DNA of 24,000 nucleotides from Pseudomonadales bacterium (GTDB lineage Bacteria; Pseudomonadota; Gammaproteobacteria; Pseudomonadales; Endozoicomonadaceae): NCBI GenBank assembly GCA_965201045.1, contig OZ241746.1, positions 1,703,081 to 1,727,080 of the forward strand, read 5' to 3'. Shown piece by piece: positions 7,393 to 17,149 of this stretch (position 1 is its first letter; each line of letters starts with the position of its first letter). The notes under the pieces were generated by a model. It saw only the letters and a program-made list of their open reading frames with translations, ran no database searches and was not told where the DNA came from. The position numbers and the translations under genes were made by a program.

Positions 7393-7464
7393 TTTTTGCA
7401 GAACCTTTTGATAACAATGATTTCTAGTAAAGTAAATTCAGCATTTTTGAATTGGATCGGTATA
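7360..7464. mobile_element. MITE-A copy 2: 101-bp core (7362-7462) flanked by TA duplication, inserted in the stop codon of ORF 5323-7392
   Basis: Collinear with copy 1, roughly three quarters identical by eye, same length, same orientation. Conserved centre TTGATAACA(G/A)TGATTTCT. TA at 7360-7361 and 7463-7464. Excision gives ...AAA ACT GAC TAG, the presumed original stop. Confidence 0.8.
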
Positions 7465-7558
7465 GCCTGACTCAGGCGACAGAAGCTAACAATCTCAAAC
7501 CCTGAAAAACAGTAATGATCAGAGAAAAATACACTGTAAATACCAATATCAGGCAGAA

Positions 7559-7580
7559 GGAACTGCCAATTGGCAGTTCC
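7559..7580. repeat. Perfect 22-bp palindrome GGAACTGCCAATTGGCAGTTCC between the convergent TPR gene and sctC
   Basis: Perfect dyad seen directly in the sequence. No flanking U tract on either strand. Confidence 0.6.
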
Positions 7581-7667
7581 AACCCTCACAGATCCTGGCG
7601 TGACCAGGAGAGCAGGAATCACGGGGAGGAATATACCACCATTCAGCTAGTGCTCATTTTATTGTGC

Positions 7668-9527
7668 TCACATCAAATTAACAATTTTGGGAGTAATCAG
7701 AAACAACCTGACATTTTTTATATATTCATTTTCTTTGTTACGGAACAGCGTTCCAAGCAGAGGTAAATCACCAAGAAGAGGAATTTTCTTTACGCCCACT
7801 GATTTTTTTTCATAAAAATAACCACCCACCAGCAAACTTTCATCTTCATCAATCATCGCCTGTGTACTGATTGCGGTATTTTTTACCACAGGCAATTTAA
7901 CATCATCACCCAGATTGGTGGCTTCTTCACTAGTGCCGTCCTGTATGTTCACATCCAGATGAACTTTTTTCTCATGAAGTTCTCTGATAATTCTTGGGGT
8001 AACTTTAAGCACGGAACCCGAGGTGATCGGATAAAGCTGTGCAGTATTATTATTGTTATCACCACCTGCTACTTTAACATAAAATGTCTGGCTGTTGTCC
8101 AGTATTGCTTCCATGTTATCCAACGTTAATACTGAAGGTTGTGAGAGAATTTTAGCTCTGTTTTTTGTGGCTAAAAGCTTTACGCTGGCTAGTAACCGTT
8201 TGCCCGCTACTTTCAATATCGTAGCTGCATCATTTCCAGAGGGGTCAAATTTGAATTCTGCTCCTGAGGGTTTACGGGTCACACTACCTGCTCCCCAGTT
8301 GACACCCAGGTCTTCAATATTTTTGATGTCCACATCAATAATTGAAACATTAATTTCAATTTGTGAAAGCGGTTTATCCAGCGTCTTAAGCAAACTCTCA
8401 TACATCGGCATTTTTTCAGCATAATCGTGAACAATTACTGAATTAGAACGGCGATCTGCATTAATAAATACATTATCTGCAGTGCCTTTCTGGCGTTCTT
8501 CTTTATTTTGCACAGGTGGGTTTTGTGCGCTCAGTTTAGGAGGTTGCTCCCCGGTAATGGGGGTGGCAGGTGTTATACTTTTTGAGCGTGTAGGTGTGTT
8601 TGCCGGTGCTAGATTTTCAACACCGCCTTTGATAACAATATCCTGAAGCAATCTAGCTACACCGGGAATCTGTATTTGCTGCTCCCGATAATTAATAACA
8701 TGATCTTCAGCCCAGGCATATTTCAGTGCAAACACTTTAAAAACCATTTCCTGTTTCTGTTTTTTTTGATGTTTCTCATCAAGCAGCGTCGCTGTTTCTG
8801 TAACCAGCTCTATATAACGGGGAGGACCTGAAAGGTAAATGATGCCTTCACGGGGACGCTCTCTCCAGCCATAACGGCTATCCCATACGCCCATATCAAT
8901 AAGGGTTTTTTTAAGCGCTTCTGTAGTTAAATGTTTGAGATTAACAATGGTTTTACTTATTTCTTGACCGTCATAAACATAGAGCGTATCACCATCGAAA
9001 TACCACAGCAAGTGGTTGAGCTGAGCTAATTCATCCAAAAAAGCAACTGATGGCAACGGACCTATTTTACCATTGACAACGCCCGTCACTTTTTCACTGA
9101 TAAGCACCGGAAGCCCATAGTTGCCGGCAAAGTTTTTTAACACTTCAGCAACCGGTTCACCGGCACCGAAGTAAGCATAGGGCGTGCTTTTAGTTGTTTT
9201 ATCTTCAACGGGAGTAGCGGGTGCTTGTTTGGGTTGATCAGGCTCTGTTTCATCCTGCTCATGGGCTTGCTGTTCTGCCTGCATTTCCGGAAAGTTGATC
9301 TGTTCTCCAAGCATAAGTGACTGTGTTGGGTTTATTTGGTTAAATTCACTTAATTCCTGGGTGGTATAACCGTACATTTCTGCGATATCATACAATGTTT
9401 CTCCGGGTTGCACGATATGCTTCATTGATTCAGCGGCATTAACTGGCAACAGGATAAACAGCATTATCCCTATAAAGATTAACCATTTTTGCAGACAATA
9501 ACAGAAATGAAAAATTCCCGTAGCCAT
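7668..9527 (-). CDS. sctC: Type III secretion outer-membrane secretin SctC (YscC family) with N-terminal LysM domain
   Basis: 619-codon ORF with GGAG upstream. Signal peptide (KWLIFIGIMLFILLPVNA/AES). LysM motif at aa 37-80 (nt 9288-9419): HIVQPGETLYDIAEMYGYTTQELSEFNQINPTQSLMLGEQINFP. N0-like segment VAEVLKNFAGNYGLPVLISEKVTGVVNGKIG...LLWYFDGDTLYVY. Secretin core ILSQPSVLTLDNMEAILDNSQTFYVKV...LKVTPRII...KIPLLGDLPLLGTLFR. Confidence 0.9.
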   Translation of the reverse strand: MATGIFHFCYCLQKWLIFIGIMLFILLPVNAAESMKHIVQPGETLYDIAEMYGYTTQELSEFNQINPTQSLMLGEQINFPEMQAEQQAHEQDETEPDQPKQAPATPVEDKTTKSTPYAYFGAGEPVAEVLKNFAGNYGLPVLISEKVTGVVNGKIGPLPSVAFLDELAQLNHLLWYFDGDTLYVYDGQEISKTIVNLKHLTTEALKKTLIDMGVWDSRYGWRERPREGIIYLSGPPRYIELVTETATLLDEKHQKKQKQEMVFKVFALKYAWAEDHVINYREQQIQIPGVARLLQDIVIKGGVENLAPANTPTRSKSITPATPITGEQPPKLSAQNPPVQNKEERQKGTADNVFINADRRSNSVIVHDYAEKMPMYESLLKTLDKPLSQIEINVSIIDVDIKNIEDLGVNWGAGSVTRKPSGAEFKFDPSGNDAATILKVAGKRLLASVKLLATKNRAKILSQPSVLTLDNMEAILDNSQTFYVKVAGGDNNNNTAQLYPITSGSVLKVTPRIIRELHEKKVHLDVNIQDGTSEEATNLGDDVKLPVVKNTAISTQAMIDEDESLLVGGYFYEKKSVGVKKIPLLGDLPLLGTLFRNKENEYIKNVRLFLITPKIVNLM

Positions 9528-9797
9528 ATTTTTAAAATCTCCCCCATTACCCCAAAAATCAAATAAGGTAATTTTATAATTGGTATAAAAACTGATAATG
9601 GATAACTATTCGCTAGAATAATGTCTTTTGATGCATCGGCACCCGGGGGTAAAAATTTATTTTTGTCAATAAACTAACGACCTGTATCTTATATGTTGCG
9701 TTAACCTGAGCTGTCCGCTTAGGTATTACTGTTAAGGTGTGCTTAGCTAAATAGAGAGACAAATTATAACCAGACTCAATGGGATGGAAACTACATT

Positions 9798-10190
9798 ATG
9801 GCAGGCGCAATAGGAGATATCAAACAAGGGCTAGTGGGTATCAGTCACACAACAGGAACTGAGCACCTGGATATTCCTTCACAAAAAATGTCTAAGCCCA
9901 GCACCGGCAGTACAATTACGATTCACACTGAATCTGCATTAAATCTTGAAGACTCTGGCAATCATCTGATGAAGTTTATTCGTGGAGAACGATCAGAATC
10001 TTACTCTCCTCAGGAGCAAAAAGATTTAAGAAATAGTGTGCTCGAAACAATTAATGAACAGTCAGCACAAATTATTGAGACCTCACCCGAAGCAGAAAAA
10101 GATTTACAGGCAATGGGTAATCTATTAAAGCAAGATGCAGATCTGGAACAGGCTGCCATGCTGGCAAAAAACGTTCTTATTTCTGCCTGA
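9798..10190 (+). CDS. Small acidic protein, SctX (YscX)-like by position and size
   Basis: 130-codon ORF immediately upstream of the YscY-like and SctV genes, as in the yscX-yscY-yscV order. No signal peptide. No motif I can verify by eye. Confidence 0.4.
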   Translation: MAGAIGDIKQGLVGISHTTGTEHLDIPSQKMSKPSTGSTITIHTESALNLEDSGNHLMKFIRGERSESYSPQEQKDLRNSVLETINEQSAQIIETSPEAEKDLQAMGNLLKQDADLEQAAMLAKNVLISA

Positions 10191-10208
10191 TGACAGACCG
10201 GAGTTATC

Positions 10209-10553
10209 ATGTCAGAGTCTGAAAAAAAATCTCATATTAGTCAGGAACAAAGGGAATGGATGTTAACACAATCTTATACCCGTTTAATGCACCGTCAGTA
10301 TAAAGATTGTCTGATTTTATTGCGTGGTCTTTGTGCACTTTGTCCTGAAGATGCAGAAGTTTACAGCATGATGAGCTACGCCTGTCTTGAAGCAGGTGAT
10401 CCTGAAGAATGTTTAAGCATGGTCGATAAATACATGCAATATGCTGCACCAGAAAAACAAAATATAAAAGAAATACAGTGGATCAGAGAAAGGGCGCAGC
10501 TGCGCATAAATAAAAAAACGCAATCAGATAAAAAGGGCGAATCAGCAGAATAA
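10209..10553 (+). CDS. sctY: TPR-like T3SS chaperone, SctY (YscY)-like
   Basis: 114 codons, the same length as YscY as I recall it. GGAG 7 nt upstream of ATG. The segment QREWMLTQSYTRLMHRQYKDCLILLRGLCALCPEDAEVY parallels the YscY N-terminal TPR-like helix pair as I remember it. Sits directly before sctV. Confidence 0.55.
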   Translation: MSESEKKSHISQEQREWMLTQSYTRLMHRQYKDCLILLRGLCALCPEDAEVYSMMSYACLEAGDPEECLSMVDKYMQYAAPEKQNIKEIQWIRERAQLRINKKTQSDKKGESAE

Positions 10554-10587
10554 GTATGACGTATAACAGTTTGCTGAAAGCTTTCAG

Positions 10588-12687
10588 GTGGATATAGCAG
10601 GGATGATTCGCACTCTATTATTAAATATTACTAAGCGGCATGACATCTTTTTAGCATTGATGCTGGTCTCTATTCTTGTTTTAATTATCATGCCAATTCC
10701 CACCATTATGGTGGATTTCCTTATTGCGCTCAACCTGGGCGTTTCTGCTATCTTACTGATGACCGCTATTTACTTAAAATCACCACTGGACTTTTCTACT
10801 TTCCCTACCGTTTTGCTGGTGACCACACTGTTCCGGCTAGGTATATCTATTACCACCACAAGGCTGATTCTGTTAAATGCTGATGCCGGAGAAATCGTAT
10901 ATACCTTCGGTAACTTTGTTGTTGGCGGAAATCTGGTGGTCGGGATCGTGCTCTTTTTAATTATTACTATCGTACAGTTTTTGGTTATCACCAAAGGTTC
11001 TGAGCGTGTAGCTGAGGTTAGTGCCCGTTTCTCTCTGGATGGAATGCCAGGTAAGCAGATGAGTATTGATGCTGATATGCGTGGTGGCGCCATTGATATG
11101 GAGGAGGCACAGCGACGGCGCGGACTGGTAGAGAAAGAGTCACAACTGTTTGGTTCCATGGATGGCGCCATGAAGTTTGTTAAGGGTGATGCCATTGCCG
11201 GTTTGATTATTGTTGTGGTCAATATTGGTGCCGGAATTACCATTGGCGTGACCAGCAAAGGAATGACAGCTGGAGAAGCATTACAGCTTTACTCTATATT
11301 AACGGTGGGAGATGGTCTGATTTCGCAAATTCCTGCGCTGTTAATTTCAGTTACAGCCGGTATGATTGTTACCCGTGTTTCTAATGACAAAGCAACTGAC
11401 CTTGGTAGTGAAATTGGTGGTCAGCTGCTGGATAAACCAAAAGCCTTACTGGTAGGAGGCTGTTTACTGTTTGGTTTTTCTCTGGTTCCAGGTTTCCCTA
11501 CCATTATTTTTATGGCGTTGGCTGCTTTAATTGGCGGTGGCGGTTATTTTCTTATTCGTAAGACGCAACAAGCAAAAGATGCTGAAGAGGGTGCTGGTGG
11601 TATTCCTGCCATGGCATCTGCTGCATCAGGCGGACCATCCAAACCTTCCCGGCTTGATGAACAGGAAGAATTTACACAAACACTGCCGCTGGTTATTGAT
11701 GTTCCGACAACCATCCAGGAAAGTCTCAATACCACTGAATTAAACGATGAATTATTAAAAGTCCGTAAAGCACTGTATATGGATCTTGGTGTACCATTCC
11801 CTGGAATTCATTTGCGCTTTAATGATTCTATGGAAGATGATAAATACACCATTATGCTTAATGAGGTACCTGTAGCAAAGGGACAGTTCAGGCAAGGATT
11901 TGTCTTTGCAAGAGAGCAAGATGAACATCTGGAAATGTTAAAAATACCTTTTGAACGGGGTGAAGCATTTATTCCTACTTTGGATACTTTATGGGTTGCA
12001 GATCAATATAAAAGTGCACTGGAAAAAGCAGAAGTCAACTATATGGGGGATGTAAAAATACTTATTCACCATCTGGCCTTCGTGCTTAAGAAATATGCTG
12101 AAGATTTTATTGGAATCCAGGAAACCCGTTACCTGCTTGAAAAAATGGAAGATAGTTTCGGCGAGTTAATCAAAGAAGTTCAGCGTTTATTACCCGTTAA
12201 TAAGATTGCGGAAATCTTTCAACGGCTGGTGGCTGAAGATATTTCAATCAGGAATTTACGTACTATTCTTCAGTCTCTGGTTGTCTGGGGACATAAAGAA
12301 AAAGAAGTAGTTCAGCTTACAGAGTATGTTCGGGGTAGCTTAAAACGCTTTATCAGTTATAAATACAGTAATGGACAAAATATTTTACCGGTTTATCTGC
12401 TGGAACAGGATTTAGAAGATACCATTCGTAACGGTATCAGACAGACATCAGCGGGTGCTTATCTGGCATTGGATCCAATGGTTACGGCAAAATTTATTGA
12501 AAAGGTAAAAGAAACCATCGGTAAAATAGGTCATTTAGATCAAAAGCCGGTTATGATTACTTCTATGGATATAAGGCGTTATGTGCGTCGTTTACTAGAA
12601 GCAGAAGTTTATGAACTTGCCGTTCTTTCCCACCAGGAGCTTACAGAAGAGATTACTGTGCAACCTTTAGGGCGTATTTCACTTTAA
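10588..12687 (+). CDS. sctV: Type III secretion export-gate protein SctV (YscV/LcrD family)
   Basis: 699-codon ORF. Multi-TM N-terminal half with [70 protein letters not shown] and [28 protein letters not shown]. Cytoplasmic C-terminal domain [17 protein letters not shown]...[15 protein letters not shown]...[15 protein letters not shown]. Collinear with YscV. Start is ambiguous (GTG 10588 or ATG 10603). Confidence 0.95.
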   Translation: MDIAGMIRTLLLNITKRHDIFLALMLVSILVLIIMPIPTIMVDFLIALNLGVSAILLMTAIYLKSPLDFSTFPTVLLVTTLFRLGISITTTRLILLNADAGEIVYTFGNFVVGGNLVVGIVLFLIITIVQFLVITKGSERVAEVSARFSLDGMPGKQMSIDADMRGGAIDMEEAQRRRGLVEKESQLFGSMDGAMKFVKGDAIAGLIIVVVNIGAGITIGVTSKGMTAGEALQLYSILTVGDGLISQIPALLISVTAGMIVTRVSNDKATDLGSEIGGQLLDKPKALLVGGCLLFGFSLVPGFPTIIFMALAALIGGGGYFLIRKTQQAKDAEEGAGGIPAMASAASGGPSKPSRLDEQEEFTQTLPLVIDVPTTIQESLNTTELNDELLKVRKALYMDLGVPFPGIHLRFNDSMEDDKYTIMLNEVPVAKGQFRQGFVFAREQDEHLEMLKIPFERGEAFIPTLDTLWVADQYKSALEKAEVNYMGDVKILIHHLAFVLKKYAEDFIGIQETRYLLEKMEDSFGELIKEVQRLLPVNKIAEIFQRLVAEDISIRNLRTILQSLVVWGHKEKEVVQLTEYVRGSLKRFISYKYSNGQNILPVYLLEQDLEDTIRNGIRQTSAGAYLALDPMVTAKFIEKVKETIGKIGHLDQKPVMITSMDIRRYVRRLLEAEVYELAVLSHQELTEEITVQPLGRISL

Positions 12688-12750
12688 GGTACTTTTTCCT
12701 TTATCCGGTTGCCTGTTATTGAATATATCAACCTTTTTGGCATAAGATTG

Positions 12751-12814
12751 TGGGCTGAGCTTGTCGAAGCCTTGAGGATATAAAGCGCAGCCGGGCTTCG
12801 ACAGGCTCAGCCCA
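12751..12814. repeat. GC-rich palindromic element (21-bp arms, 22-nt loop) between convergent sctV and obg
   Basis: TGGGCTGAGCTTGTCGAAGCC ... GGCTTCGACAGGCTCAGCCCA (20/21 complementary). A third GCTCAGCCCA motif lies at about 12843-12852. The arm CTTCGACAGGCTCAGCCCA resembles CTTCGATTCCGCTCAGCCA in MITE-B. Confidence 0.6.
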
Positions 12815-13008
12815 TGGTATGAGTCTCAGGTAAAGGTCGTGTGCTCAGCCCACGAGCCCACGGTGTGTATCCGGCAAAGGCTGGTATGTTCAAAAAGAGA
12901 CAAATCTGCCAAAGGGTAAAAGCCAGGGTCTAAAAAATACGCTTACTAAGATAGAAGTCTGGATTAGAGTCTGACAACACGATAGCTTAAGATTTACACA
13001 GTTTATTT

Positions 13009-14106
<1,098 letters not shown>

Positions 14107-14192
14107 CTACAAATCAGATGGTTACAATGCATTAAATGGCTATTCTGCATGCATAAGCACACTATTCAGCGCTTATTTACAACAAACTATTT

Positions 14193-14450
14193 CTAAGCTG
14201 CAGCAATACGAACATACTTACGATTCTTGGGTCCTTTTGTCTCAAAAACAACGTGACCTGTAGATTTAGCAAATAAGGTATGATCTTTACCGATACCTAC
14301 ATTTTCCCCTGCATGAAAGTGGGTGCCACGCTGACGAACTAATATGTTGCCAGCCTTAACCAGCTGACCACCAAAGCGCTTAACACCTAAGCGTTTACTT
14401 TCCGAATCGCGACCGTTGCGGGTACTACCCCCTGCTTTCTTGTGTGCCAT
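14193..14450 (-). CDS. rpmA: 50S ribosomal protein L27
   Basis: [29 protein letters not shown]...[20 protein letters not shown] is the canonical L27 sequence. Confidence 0.97.
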   Translation of the reverse strand: MAHKKAGGSTRNGRDSESKRLGVKRFGGQLVKAGNILVRQRGTHFHAGENVGIGKDHTLFAKSTGHVVFETKGPKNRKYVRIAAA

Positions 14451-14488
14451 GATCTTTCCTACGTTTTTTCGTTTGGTTTGATTGGTTG

Positions 14489-14803
14489 TTAACTATTGAT
14501 GGCTGTAACTTTGATTTCAGTAAACCACTGACGATGACCCATACGTTTCATATGGTGTTTACGACGTTTGAATTTGATAATATTTATCTTTTTGCCACGT
14601 CCATGAGAAACAACTTCAGCAACGACTTTTGCACCTTCAAGAGCAGGCTTTCCTACTTCGATGGTGTTATCGTCTTTACCAATCATTAAAACTTTATCTA
14701 TTTCGACAGTTTCACCTGTTGGTGTCTCAAGCTTTTCTACCCTAAGCGTATCGCCTACCGCTGTACGGTATTGCTTGCCGCCGGTTTGAATTATTGCGTA
14801 CAT
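14489..14803 (-). CDS. rplU: 50S ribosomal protein L21
   Basis: [13 protein letters not shown]...[21 protein letters not shown] is the canonical L21 sequence. Start set at ATG 14803 rather than the ORF-track 14815, because GGAG lies 6 nt upstream of it and L21 proteins begin MYA. Confidence 0.93.
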   Translation of the reverse strand: MYAIIQTGGKQYRTAVGDTLRVEKLETPTGETVEIDKVLMIGKDDNTIEVGKPALEGAKVVAEVVSHGRGKKINIIKFKRRKHHMKRMGHRQWFTEIKVTAINS

Positions 14804-15138
14804 AACCTGCTCCATTTATAAAGCCAGAGCCTTTTCTAAAGGTTGGCATACCTTAAAAATATACCGCCTATATTATTATATAAACGTTGAAAAATATGAT
14901 TTTTTTTGCAAATGAAGTCTTCAATACATACAAAAAGTATTGCATTTAGACCACAAATAAAGTTTTCAGTAACAAAAAAGACCACTTCAAATATATTAAA
15001 GGTTGTAAATTTTAACTTAAAAATAAGTTTTCAGCAATAATTTATTATAAATATCCGTTTATCCATCTGTCCATCTGAATATTACATAAAAAAATCAGCA
15101 CTAAAAAATTCCATCCCTTCCTTAATACAGCATGCTCT

Positions 15139-16332
15139 TTACAGTGGTGTTGAATCAACAGGCGCATCGGTACGCACCAGAATACGATCAGGGACAGCAA
15201 TTGCTTGCCCTTTTAGCGCAATACTAATCACATCGCCAACTCGAATAGCCAGCTTGCGCATATTTTTAATACCGCCTGCTGACACTTTGGTAATTCGCAA
15301 TCCTCCTAATATAACCGGTTCAAAAGAGAGGATAGCCGTTTTTTTGCCAGTCCTTCCCGTTGTCCAGTAAATTTCTTTTATGCGTACAACTGCTTTTTTA
15401 GGAGGAAATTTCCATGCCAGCGCATAATCAGGCATTAACTTTTGCTGATCCCTTGTTAATAAGTTTTTTTGATTTGCTTTGAGTACCACTCCATCCATCA
15501 GCATAGGACCTTCAGCACTCTTTTTTTCATAGAATTGTCGCCATGATTCAATCTCTTCCAAGTTGTCTGCATAATGAGTTTGTTGCTGAATAAAATTAAA
15601 CCCCCAGCCTGAAAGTTGCTGAATATCTTGCTCTGTAATGCTGTGTGGGCTGTTAACCCAGCTCCACGGATAAAAGTCCAGCCAGGCAGCCCAGGTTTTA
15701 TCCGGTTTTTTTTGTGCTGTGAGTCCTGCTACTTTATGACGTGCATGCTGATAATTTTTTAGCTTGTTTTTTTCTGCCAGATCCAGCCTTAAGTAAAGCT
15801 CACCATGCAATACAGTATTATCCTGCAACGGTGCTCCATGAAAATACAACTTTTTTGGAATTTGCCCGGATAGCTGTACTAAAGGATAAATATCCCTGCC
15901 TTTATAACCATTACCACGGGTAGAAGCAGCAACTAAACAGCCTTTATGGTAAATGAGCTCAACGGCAAGCCCATCTATTTTAGGCTGCAAAACACACCGA
16001 CCCCCCTGTTTTTTTATTTGATTAATAAATAACCTGATCTGTTCTACTGAAATGGCTTTGCGCAAACTACCCATAAAAAAAGAATGTGAATAGTTATTAT
16101 CAGCTATTAACTGACAGTTTAATGGTTGTGCTTCTGAATCTTTTTGCTGATTTTTCAGTAAGATAAGCCCATCATAAACATCATCGCTTATTTTTGTTTT
16201 TCCTGCTGCATAATCCATATCCAGCTTGCACAATTGCTGGTCGACAGATAAATCACTCTTTAGTCGTGTTGCAGCAGGCAAACTAATCAGCAGCGTGCTG
16301 ATTATTAAGAGTACAATTAAATTTTTTCCCAT
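15139..16332 (-). CDS. ligB: NAD-dependent DNA ligase LigB-like, short form ending after the OB fold
   Basis: N-terminal hydrophobic leader as in E. coli LigB. DYAAGKTKISDDVYDGL. Adenylation motif LQPKIDGLAVELIY, then STRGNGYKGRDI and VLHGELY. The C-terminus ...ISIALKGQAIAVPDRILVRTDAPVDSTPL aligns with the end of the OB domain of E. coli LigB. No HhH region follows. Confidence 0.8.
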   Translation of the reverse strand: MGKNLIVLLIISTLLISLPAATRLKSDLSVDQQLCKLDMDYAAGKTKISDDVYDGLILLKNQQKDSEAQPLNCQLIADNNYSHSFFMGSLRKAISVEQIRLFINQIKKQGGRCVLQPKIDGLAVELIYHKGCLVAASTRGNGYKGRDIYPLVQLSGQIPKKLYFHGAPLQDNTVLHGELYLRLDLAEKNKLKNYQHARHKVAGLTAQKKPDKTWAAWLDFYPWSWVNSPHSITEQDIQQLSGWGFNFIQQQTHYADNLEEIESWRQFYEKKSAEGPMLMDGVVLKANQKNLLTRDQQKLMPDYALAWKFPPKKAVVRIKEIYWTTGRTGKKTAILSFEPVILGGLRITKVSAGGIKNMRKLAIRVGDVISIALKGQAIAVPDRILVRTDAPVDSTPL

Positions 16333-16519
16333 ACAAACAACGTATTAAATTTACACTAACCCATGATCACGTTCTGGCAAAAGTGCATAACCTGCTGTGA
16401 AAATGATCATTAAAAGGCGAAAATTATAGTTGAAATGTGGTAATCTTCCAGCATGACACTATCTATCCAATAAATTAAGGGTTTGTTGCGATCAAAAATT
16501 TCTAATCAAACCCGACCAG

Positions 16520-16891
16520 CTAAAGCGATCCCTTCACTTCAAACTCATCATAAACCAGGCGGGCTTTACCATCATTTTGCATTTTCCAATACTCCTTATG
16601 TACAACACCAAAGGCTTTATTCATGGTCCAGTTTGAGGTCAGGATATAACCATCTTCACCCTGCTGCGTCCATTTAGTATTGGTGTAATTCACATTGGAA
16701 TAACCCTCATTCATGATGTTTTGCCAAAAGGCCTGAATTTTTTTCCGACCAATAAAAGTACCGAATGGTTTTGCTATCATCGTAGTATCTTCTGCATACT
16801 GTTCTGCGCAGCCTTTTGCATCCTGAGTATTGAATGCTTGTTGCCATGCACTGATACCTGCTTTGCATGCATTTAAAACTTGTTGAGTCAT
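16520..16891 (-). CDS. NTF2-fold protein (SnoaL-like/DUF4440-like)
   Basis: 123-codon ORF. The pattern ...ISAWQQAFNTQDAKGCAEQYAEDTTM...GRKKIQAFWQN... and its size are typical of SnoaL/ketosteroid-isomerase-like small proteins. Confidence 0.55.
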   Translation of the reverse strand: MTQQVLNACKAGISAWQQAFNTQDAKGCAEQYAEDTTMIAKPFGTFIGRKKIQAFWQNIMNEGYSNVNYTNTKWTQQGEDGYILTSNWTMNKAFGVVHKEYWKMQNDGKARLVYDEFEVKGSL

Positions 16892-17149
16892 AGGTTACTC
16901 CTTACATTAGCTAAGATAAAATCAGATGCAGTATGTTTCATAAACAGACTGATGAGTATTATATATCTCCCAGGTAAAACTGCATTTATGTTATTCAATA
17001 AAATTGTTTTTTTGGAAAATGATATAAGACCGGCAGATTATGCATTTGCAAGGATCTGCCTGATGCTAAATGGTCTGGACTTATTTAGTTATATTCATTT
17101 AATATTCTATGCTGTTCATTTTTCTCTGTAAAACAAGCACAATATCATT

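Noticed and set aside
7559-7580. Perfect 22-bp palindrome as a bidirectional intrinsic terminator
   Set aside because: There is no U tract on either strand, so it is kept only as a repeat/palindrome feature. A function as a protein-binding site or as part of the adjacent repeat cannot be decided from the sequence.
7365-7766. ORFs 7365-7622(-) and 7515-7766(+) in the TPR/sctC intergenic region
   Set aside because: They are built from MITE-A, the 22-bp palindrome, the intron-like relic and the antisense 3' end of sctC. They have no RBS and no family resemblance.
9528-9797. Looked for an ExsA/VirF-type (AraC-family) T3SS promoter signature and a clear sigma-70 promoter in the sctC/sctX divergent region
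   Set aside because: The A-rich tract plus TTGTCA at about 9650-9670 does not fit the ExsA consensus spacing as I remember it. TTGTCA-N16-TATCTT is only a weak sigma-70 candidate. The support is too weak to annotate.
8095-11743. Small ORFs inside or antisense to T3SS genes (8095-8424, 10010-10210, 10237-10449, 10770-11258, 11531-11743, 11544-11735)
   Set aside because: They are fully overlapped by strongly supported sctC, sctX-like, sctY-like and sctV coding frames. Their translations have no recognisable features.
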